64,000 nt of DNA from Alphaproteobacteria bacterium. GTDB taxonomy: Bacteria > Pseudomonadota > Alphaproteobacteria > CAAHEQ01 > UBA3637. Positions within the stretch are counted from its first letter, which is position 1, and each line of letters opens with the position of its first letter. Location: contig SUUT01000002.1 in NCBI GenBank assembly GCA_015062385.1, positions 465 to 64,464 on the forward strand. The letters run 5' to 3'. Positions 8,922 through 15,493 of this stretch are shown here, one piece after another. The notes under the pieces were generated by a model. The model was not told the origin of the DNA. It worked only from the letters and a program-made list of their open reading frames with translations, and made no database searches. The position numbers and the translations under genes were made by a program.

Positions 8922-9699
8922 TGGTTGCGGGGGTGGGATTTGGAAATTCCCAAAATGATGAACATTTTGGGTCCCTTTCAGCTCGTAGGGCTTACATGTC
9001 GCAAGCTCGTGTTTGCCAACTATCGCTTGAACCGTCACGACCTCCTTGTCGGTCGTGAGGTTAATCCCGACCCCCATAAATAAAAAAAACACCCTTTCGG
9101 GTGCCTTTTTAATTTTGGTTGCGGGGGTGGAATTTGTAAATTCCCAAAATGACAAGCATTTTGGGTCCCTTTCAGCCCGTAAGGCTCACACATCGCAAGC
9201 TCGTGTTTGCCAACTATCGCTTGAACCGTCACGACCTCCTTGTCGGTCGTGAGGTTAATCTCGACCCCCATAAATAAAAAAAACACCCTTTCGGGTGCCT
9301 TTTTAATTTTGGTTGCGGGGGTGGGATTTGGAAATTCCCAAAATGATGAACATTTTGGGTCCCTTTCAGCTCGTAAGGCTCACACGTCGCAAGCTCGTGT
9401 TTGCCAACTATCGCTTGAACCGTCACGACCTCCTTGTCGGTCGTGAGGTTAATCCCGACCCCCATAAATAAAAAAAAACACCCTTTCGGGTGTCTTTTTA
9501 ATTTTGGTTGCGGGGGTGGGATTTGGAAATTCCCAAAATGATGAACATTTTGGGTCCCTTTCAGCCCGTAAGGCTCACACGTCACAAGCTCGTGTTCGCC
9601 AACTATCGCTTGAACCGTCACGACCTCCTTGTCGGTCGTGAGGTTAATCCCGCCCCCCATAAATAAAAAAAAACACCCTTTCGGGTGCCTTTTTAATTT
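8922..9699. repeat. Four tandem 194-195 bp structured units 3' of the initiator tRNA; each contains tRNA-derived segments and a terminator
   Basis: Units are 8922-9115, 9116-9309, 9310-9504 and 9505-9699. Each begins with tggttgcgggggtgg(g/a)atttg, the complement of the tRNA's last 21 nt. Each contains hairpins cccaaaatg/cattttggg and cacgacc/ggtcgtg and a sense-orientation T-arm-like ggtcgtgaggttaatccc(g)accccc. Each ends with A8-9/caccc-tttc-gggtg/T-run. Confidence 0.95.
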
Positions 9700-9777
9700 T
9701 GGTTGCGGGGGTGGGATTTGAACCTCACGACCTCCAGGTTATGAGCCTGGCAAGCTACCGGACTGCTCTACCCCGCG
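9700..9777 (-). tRNA. Initiator-type tRNA-Met (anticodon CAU), CCA encoded
   Basis: The reverse complement is CGCGGGG...CTCATAA...CCCCGCAACCA. It has a C1:A72 mismatch and an A11:U24 pair, both initiator hallmarks. Length is 78 nt, with an apparent extra A in the 5' strand of the T stem (GTGAGG vs CCCAC). Confidence 0.8.
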
Positions 9778-9790
9778 ATAGAATAAACAT

Positions 9791-9819
9791 AATATATTCC
9801 CTTTTTTTGTACTTGTCAA
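9791..9819 (-). promoter_or_regulatory. Sigma70-type promoter of the initiator tRNA
   Basis: The minus strand reads TTGACA-17 nt-TATATT, ~13 nt upstream of the tRNA 5' end. Confidence 0.6.
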
Positions 9820-9946
9820 TACCTTTTTTCTGTTTTTTTCATTTTTTTATTTTGCTCTCTAAAAAATATTCTTTTTTTGAAAAAAAATTGACTTTTTCCC
9901 GCTGTATGCTACACTTAATTATAAGCATTTTTTTAGGAGAGGGAGT

Positions 9947-10879
9947 ATGACCCAAATCAATTTACTTTCATCGGACAAATATAATTATTTAAAACAAAAT
10001 ATGCTGTCGGCTTGTCCAACCCTGTTTTCTGATGTTGCCGTTGAACATTTGATTTTTCCCGATAATGAACAATATTGGCGTATTAAAAATCCAACTCAAA
10101 TTTTAGGAAAACCGGCTGTTTATATTTGTGGAACTGTTGATGATACGGCGATATTTGAAGCCTATAATATGAGTTGTACACTCGTTCGGGAAGGATGTTC
10201 TGAACTGCATCTTGTTTTGCCGTATTTCGGATATTCAACAATGGAGCGTGCTGTTCAAGATGGTGAGATTGTTACGGCAAAAAATATTGCTCGATTGTTT
10301 AGCTCCATTCCTGTTTCAGCAAAAGGAAATCACATTTACATGGTAGATTTACACTCTGTTGGTACACAGTATTATTTTGAACGAGATATTCATCCCATTC
10401 ATTTGACAACTTGGCCCATTATTAAACAGATTATCGGACAGTTCGGGAAAGATGTTGTTTTGTCTTCTCCCGATATGGGACGTGCCAAATGGATTCAAAA
10501 AATGGGTATGGAACTTTGTTTAAGTACTGCTTATATTATGAAAAAGCGGTTATCCGGCTGTCAGACGGAAATTGTGGCATTAAATGCGGATGTTGCCGGA
10601 CGAGAAGTGATTATATTTGATGATATGATACGTTCGGGTAGCTCCATTATTAAAGCAGCACAAGGTTATAAAGAGGCCGGAGCCGAAAAAATATCGGTTG
10701 TTTGTGTGCATGGTGTTTTTGTTGCCGGAGCTGTTGAACAGCTTAAAAACAGTGGTTTGATTGATCGTGTTTATTGTACAAATTCACATTCTCGTACAAC
10801 ACAAATGAATGATTCATTTGTGCAAGTGTATGATATATCAAAAATCATTACAGATGGTATTTTAAAGTGTATCGGATAA
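9947..10879 (+). CDS. Ribose-phosphate pyrophosphokinase family protein (divergent)
   Basis: PRTase fold with PRPP-binding loop VIIFDDMIRSGSSI. The canonical PY(Y/F)GYARQDR flexible-loop motif is replaced by PYFGYSTMERA. Confidence 0.6.
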   Translation: MTQINLLSSDKYNYLKQNMLSACPTLFSDVAVEHLIFPDNEQYWRIKNPTQILGKPAVYICGTVDDTAIFEAYNMSCTLVREGCSELHLVLPYFGYSTMERAVQDGEIVTAKNIARLFSSIPVSAKGNHIYMVDLHSVGTQYYFERDIHPIHLTTWPIIKQIIGQFGKDVVLSSPDMGRAKWIQKMGMELCLSTAYIMKKRLSGCQTEIVALNADVAGREVIIFDDMIRSGSSIIKAAQGYKEAGAEKISVVCVHGVFVAGAVEQLKNSGLIDRVYCTNSHSRTTQMNDSFVQVYDISKIITDGILKCIG

Positions 10880-10885
10880 TGTTGT

Positions 10886-11512
10886 TTAGTTGTTTGTTCT
10901 GTTATTTTCCCGTAAGAAATCAGTTAAATTTAAATGATAAGAAGTTATCTGTTGCGGTGTGAATGGTGTGCTTTGTTCCGATATCTTTTTGAAGATTTCT
11001 TGTAAAAGATTAAATCTATTGAATGATGATGTTGTTGCTCTTGGATTTAATGAACAAAGAAATTTGTTTTCACCTGAAATTTGTACCAGATAGTGTTTGT
11101 CAAATATTATAAAAGACGGTATTTCTTTTCCTCCTTCTAAATCCAATAAACGAACGCTTGAAGCATAGGGTAATTCCGAGATTAACGGATGTGTTTCATT
11201 GAAATGTTCGTCTGTTTTAAACGGCATGGCTTGTGTCAGTTTTTCGTTGATTAAAACATCTTTTGTCACAATAAGAGACAAATTATTCATTTTTGTCGGC
11301 AAATATTTTTGAAAACATTCTAAATACGGATATATTTGGTCAAAATCGGCTTTGTTTAAAAACATTTTTACTTGATTACTTTGCTGTGTCAGTAAAAAAC
11401 ACATCAGTAATATACAGTTGTCATCGTATGAAATCGGAAATAGATCCTTATAATTTTGTTTAATGGCCTCTTGGTATGTTTTTATAATTTCGGTATCCTT
11501 CTTTGTTGACAT
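10886..11512 (-). CDS. Hypothetical protein, translationally coupled to the upstream Cys-rich gene
   Basis: The ATG lies 1 nt after the TAA of 11514..13520 (minus strand: ...AAATAATATGTCA). No recognisable motifs. Confidence 0.5.
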   Translation of the reverse strand: MSTKKDTEIIKTYQEAIKQNYKDLFPISYDDNCILLMCFLLTQQSNQVKMFLNKADFDQIYPYLECFQKYLPTKMNNLSLIVTKDVLINEKLTQAMPFKTDEHFNETHPLISELPYASSVRLLDLEGGKEIPSFIIFDKHYLVQISGENKFLCSLNPRATTSSFNRFNLLQEIFKKISEQSTPFTPQQITSYHLNLTDFLRENNRTNN

Positions 11513-11513
11513 A

Positions 11514-13520
11514 TTATTTTCTCACAGCTTTAAAAATACAAACGATAATGACGATTAATATTGTTAATGGGACAAGAATGATTAGTGCCGGCAGAATGAA
11601 AAAGCCAAAAAACATACTTGCCGAATATGAAAATTCAGACCACCATTTTTTTCTTTTTTGTGCCGAGATTTCTCGTTCAATGTTTCTTTTCCCGATTTTA
11701 GATGTTTCAACACCACTGAATTTAGTGTATGTTGCATCAATAACTGTTCTGTTAGGACATAATGTTGAAAGAGCATATCTATCATCAATCGGAATAATTG
11801 TTGGGTCATCGCAAGGGCGACATGTTCCTTTGAACGGAAATTGTCCTTTCGGGCAAGCACTGCATACGTCATCAATTAAATGCATATCCGGACACAGTGT
11901 TTCACAATCTGCCGGATTTAATGGATAGAAATATCCCATGTCATTTTTATTTTTGTGGAAATAAACATCTTGGTGCTGATAAAAACCACAGGATGTACAA
12001 ACGGGTTTTTTATACCATTTTTCAACAATCGGTTTGCTTGGTGTACATTTCGGTATAGAATAATCTGTTGCAATCATCCGAACGATTTGTCTGTTTTCAA
12101 ATTTATCTTGTGTTTCTTTATCTACCGGAACAGCTTTATCTGTTGTTACCGAATAACAGGTATAGTCCGTTGATTGTAAAGGTCTCTCAGCCGGGCATTC
12201 TTTTAATACGGAGTATGTTTTGTCGTCCATAGAAACAATTTGACGGTTTTCATATAAATTAGGCGTATTAGGAAGAACTTCAACGGGATGAATGTATGTT
12301 GCGGGTAGACAAAAACCTGAAATACTCATTAATGGCTTATCATCGGTACAATTCAAAACAGATTCATAACGGTACCCGTTTTTAATAATTTGACGATTAG
12401 GGAAAATATTTTTAGTATTTTTGTTGACTTCAATTTGTTGTGGTGTATCTGCGGGATAACAATCTCCGTCAACTGAACGTAACGGTTTATCTGGTGGACA
12501 TTTTAAATAAGAATAAATATAATCGTCATCTTTCACGATTTCTCGGTCGTTAAGTGTGTTGACGGCTGTTGGATGTAGCCATATCTTTTTTTCATCTGCC
12601 GAATGACATTTACCCCATTCATCCCTGATAGGTAATTCAGGCGGACATTTTAAAACAGAATAGTAATTTCTCCCGTATAAGAAAATAATTTCCCGATTGG
12701 GGAATCTGTTTTGCGTATGATCTTGTACTTGAACAAAATTTTCGGTGTCGGCAGAATGACATTTTTTTGTGTTGTCCATTAAGGGTTTGTCATCAGGACA
12801 TCTTAATGAAATATAATTTAAAGATGAATAATTACGAAACAAAGTTCTTGATGGACATGGATTTTCCTTATTTTCTACATATATTGTCTTGTTGCTGTCA
12901 CAAGCGAAACAATCAAATTTTTTGTTTTCAGCTAATTGACCGAAAATAGGTTTTTCAGGGGGACATATGAATTGAGATATTGTATTTCCATATTGATTAA
13001 CAGTATTTTTACGATAAGGACACACATCGGGGGATATATCGGGGGCTAATGTAATTTCTGCTGTTGTATTGCATGAATAACATTTTCCGAAATGAAGATC
13101 TCGTAACGGTTTTTCGGATGGACATTTGAGAGCCGAATAGAACATTTCATAATGTTGATAAATCGTTCTGTTCGGGCAGGGATTTATATAATCTTTTGAA
13201 ACAAATATATTTTTTTCATCATCACAATGATAACAAGTATCTTCATGATTTCTTATTGGTTTTTCAGAGGGACATTTTTTTAAAACAGTACCCCATCCGC
13301 TGCCGAAACTCACTTTTTTACGATTAGGACAAACAGTTAATACATCTACGTTGGGTTCATTACAGTTCAAGCATTGGAAAGCATAAATAATTTCGGGAGT
13401 ATCACAGGGCATACAACCTGTTAATGAAGGAATGGGTTTATCCTTTGGACAAGCAGACAAAGCCGGAACGGAAAAAATAAGTCCGGATAAAAGTGATAAG
13501 AAACTGATTTTAAAAAACAT
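11514..13520 (-). CDS. Cysteine-rich repeat surface protein with signal peptide and C-terminal membrane anchor
   Basis: Signal peptide MFFKISFLSLLSGLIFSVPALSA. About 11 units of ~50 aa follow, of the form CP(x)(E/D)KP(I/L)...C..(C/A)D...(C)PNR.I....Y..LK. C-terminal TM helix FFGFFILPALIILVPLTILIVIIVCIF. Confidence 0.8.
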   Translation of the reverse strand: MFFKISFLSLLSGLIFSVPALSACPKDKPIPSLTGCMPCDTPEIIYAFQCLNCNEPNVDVLTVCPNRKKVSFGSGWGTVLKKCPSEKPIRNHEDTCYHCDDEKNIFVSKDYINPCPNRTIYQHYEMFYSALKCPSEKPLRDLHFGKCYSCNTTAEITLAPDISPDVCPYRKNTVNQYGNTISQFICPPEKPIFGQLAENKKFDCFACDSNKTIYVENKENPCPSRTLFRNYSSLNYISLRCPDDKPLMDNTKKCHSADTENFVQVQDHTQNRFPNREIIFLYGRNYYSVLKCPPELPIRDEWGKCHSADEKKIWLHPTAVNTLNDREIVKDDDYIYSYLKCPPDKPLRSVDGDCYPADTPQQIEVNKNTKNIFPNRQIIKNGYRYESVLNCTDDKPLMSISGFCLPATYIHPVEVLPNTPNLYENRQIVSMDDKTYSVLKECPAERPLQSTDYTCYSVTTDKAVPVDKETQDKFENRQIVRMIATDYSIPKCTPSKPIVEKWYKKPVCTSCGFYQHQDVYFHKNKNDMGYFYPLNPADCETLCPDMHLIDDVCSACPKGQFPFKGTCRPCDDPTIIPIDDRYALSTLCPNRTVIDATYTKFSGVETSKIGKRNIEREISAQKRKKWWSEFSYSASMFFGFFILPALIILVPLTILIVIIVCIFKAVRK

Positions 13521-13548
13521 AAAAATACTCCATAAAATAGTAAAATGA

Positions 13549-13577
13549 AGTATATCTTACTTCTTAAAAATCGTCAA
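13549..13577 (-). promoter_or_regulatory. Sigma70-type promoter of the 668-aa Cys-rich gene
   Basis: The minus strand reads TTGACG-17 nt-TATACT, followed by RBS tggag and the ATG at 13520. Confidence 0.55.
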
Positions 13578-13594
13578 TCTATAAATATAGCCCC

Positions 13595-13750
13595 AAAAAA
13601 AGGGACGTATAAATGCAACACTTTTTTACACATTTTTGCATTTTTTTTGATTTTAAATAAATTATTCAACTAAAACAATAATCTTTCATTTTTTTTTAAA
13701 TCTGCTTCTTCCGATTCGAATAGGAAAAAAAAGGTCCCTTTTTTTATAAT
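13595..13750 (+). promoter_or_regulatory. Conserved IR-bounded 5' module, copy A (candidate invertible promoter element), plus adjacent TATAAT
   Basis: Perfect 12-bp inverted repeat: aaaaaaagggac (13595-13606) and gtcccttttttt (13734-13745). TATAAT lies at 13745-13750. The module is homologous to 33845-33989 and 52371-52518. Confidence 0.6.
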
Positions 13751-13784
13751 GCTCTTGTATGCAACTTTATTGTGAGAGGGGAAA

Positions 13785-14948
13785 ATGAAATTTTTTAAAT
13801 CAAATGAAAACGGGCGTTCAATGCTGGAAATACTGGGTGTATTGGCTGTTATAGGGGTGTTGAGTATAGCCGGCATCAGCGGTTATAAATATGGGATAAC
13901 AAAATATCAGGTCAATGAGTTAATTTATGATATGAATATATTGGCACAGGATATACGCATCTATTTAGAAAAATCAGAGTATGAATTACCCGAAAATTTA
14001 ACACAAGTTCAATCACGAGTTGGTCAGATGTTAGAAGCTCGTTTATTGGAAAATGATTATTTTGAAATTGCTTTAAATAGTTTACCGCAATCGCTGTGTA
14101 AGGGATTATTAACATCCGGATGGACTTTGCCGATAGAAATTTATGTCGGCACGCAAAAATACAATGGGCAAAATTTATGTATATCAGAAACATCTCCTCG
14201 TTTTAGTTTTGTTTTTGCACCGTTTGAAACAAATTCTACGGATGGGATTTTGCCGTCTATACCGAAAAATGACCGGTGTGAGGCAGACAAGGGATGTTCA
14301 CAATGTGAATCTTGTAAAAATAATATTTGTGTTGTAACAAAACCATTAAAAATCGGTAATAACTGTTATGCCTGTGATACACGGGAAACAGTGCGAGCTA
14401 ATCAAGCACAATGTGATGCCTGTCCCAATCGGATATACACGAAAAGTATGTGGATTGAATATTGTTTGTTACCTGAGGATGTTGATGATTGTAGTGGAAA
14501 ACAGGGTTCAGCTTGTGATTTAGCGGATGGAAAAGAATATAAAGGCATGTGTATGAGTGGCAAGTGTGTAGATTTAGGAGTTTGTCCAAGTGGTGTGACC
14601 GGTGAAATGGCGAAAAATTGGTGTGCAACACAAGGAGGAACAGCCAGTGTTGCCGAATTATCGGCTTTGGCATCATCTATAACGGTAACTGCGGAAACAA
14701 CAAAATGTAAGTCATCTTCTACTTATTTAACTTATGCAACAAATCCGGTTTGTCCGTCAGAAGATGAATTATCTTTATATGCCGGAAAGGCAAGTCAGAC
14801 TACTTGTGGTAGTGGAGCCATCTGGACGGCAGAAACTGATAAAAGATATCCGGATTATTTTCAAGTCAATTTATCTAATGGAGATATTTTAAATTATAAT
14901 TATTATGTTTACACAGCAAAAGCATTTTGTAAAAACTTTTTGCCATAA
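13785..14948 (+). CDS. Modular type IV pilin-like protein with a Cys-rich, lectin-like C-terminal module (387 aa)
   Basis: Prepilin-type leader MKFFKSNENG|RSMLEILGVLAVIGVLSIAG with Glu at +5. The ~150-aa pilin-like module has a Cys pair (LCKGLL...NLCIS). The C-terminal part is Cys-rich, with CDACPNR and a NWCATQGG motif. Confidence 0.75.
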   Translation: MKFFKSNENGRSMLEILGVLAVIGVLSIAGISGYKYGITKYQVNELIYDMNILAQDIRIYLEKSEYELPENLTQVQSRVGQMLEARLLENDYFEIALNSLPQSLCKGLLTSGWTLPIEIYVGTQKYNGQNLCISETSPRFSFVFAPFETNSTDGILPSIPKNDRCEADKGCSQCESCKNNICVVTKPLKIGNNCYACDTRETVRANQAQCDACPNRIYTKSMWIEYCLLPEDVDDCSGKQGSACDLADGKEYKGMCMSGKCVDLGVCPSGVTGEMAKNWCATQGGTASVAELSALASSITVTAETTKCKSSSTYLTYATNPVCPSEDELSLYAGKASQTTCGSGAIWTAETDKRYPDYFQVNLSNGDILNYNYYVYTAKAFCKNFLP

Positions 14949-15089
14949 CGTCATATAATTATCCCCCGATAACAACCTCGGGGGATAAAAATCATAAAAT
15001 GTTTTAATAATTTTCAATGCTTTCTTCATACATTTCAATACAGGCTTTTTCAAAAGAACGCGTGAACAATTCTGTATAGAAATGTTATA

Positions 15090-15482
15090 TTAAAGTTTTT
15101 GTTTTTTTATGGCTTCAATAAATGGACCGTCTGCCGGACAAAATGTATAATTATCCATTTCACTCGGAGATACCCATTTTACATCTTCATGTTCGTAAAG
15201 TTGTGGAATGATATCATTGTCACAGGTTGCCCAAAACGCATTTAAATGAAAATCACCTTTGTCGGCATAATGATATGTTTTATCCATAAAAAATTTGCCG
15301 ACTTGAATGGGTTTTTCAAATTCTTCCATAAATTCACGGGCAACACATTCTTGTAATGTTTCATTTGCTTCTAACTTTCCGCCGGGGAATTCCCACATAA
15401 ATTCCTGATGTTTCCCCTTTTTACGTTGAGCAATTAAAATTTTGCCGTTATGAACAACAATAGCCATTGAAATTTCAATCAT
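15090..15482 (-). CDS. NUDIX hydrolase (MutT-like)
   Basis: Nudix box GGKLEANETLQECVAREFMEEF. It lies 12 nt downstream of the giant gene on the same strand. Confidence 0.85.
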   Translation of the reverse strand: MIEISMAIVVHNGKILIAQRKKGKHQEFMWEFPGGKLEANETLQECVAREFMEEFEKPIQVGKFFMDKTYHYADKGDFHLNAFWATCDNDIIPQLYEHEDVKWVSPSEMDNYTFCPADGPFIEAIKKQKL

Positions 15483-15493
15483 TTTGTACCTCC

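Noticed and set aside
9116-9309. tmRNA-like or tRNA pseudogene interpretation of a single unit, because the minus strand ends in ...CCCACCCCCGCAACCA followed by a terminator.
   Set aside because: Only the last ~21 nt match the tRNA. There is no 5' acceptor strand giving a 7-bp acceptor stem, no D or anticodon arm, no G3:U70 alanine identity and no tag reading frame. The unit is too short for tmRNA, and there are four copies.
8874-9660. ORFs in the six-frame track that run through the fMet-linked repeats (8874..9083, 8904..9155, 9035..9286, 9229..9660 and others). This includes a 42-codon frame (MMNILGPFQLV...NPDPHK) that ends just before each terminator.
   Set aside because: They exist only because the unit is repeated in phase. 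There is no RBS. Of the differences I translated between units, about seven of ten change the amino acid in that frame (L/P, R/H, R/C, R/G, P/L, D/A), which gives no sign of selection on a peptide. The same DNA is dominated by hairpins and tRNA-derived segments.
8922-9699. Possible CRISPR array at the regularly spaced repeats.
   Set aside because: The whole 194-195-bp unit is repeated and there are no unique spacers. The period is far larger than a CRISPR repeat plus spacer, and no cas genes are present.
14961-14986. Strong hairpin atcccccga/tcgggggat after pilin-like gene A, considered as an intrinsic terminator.
   Set aside because: Neither strand has a U-run immediately after the stem (an A-run follows on the plus strand and aattat on the minus strand). 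I therefore do not call it a canonical terminator, although it may still act as a transcript-stabilising or terminating hairpin.
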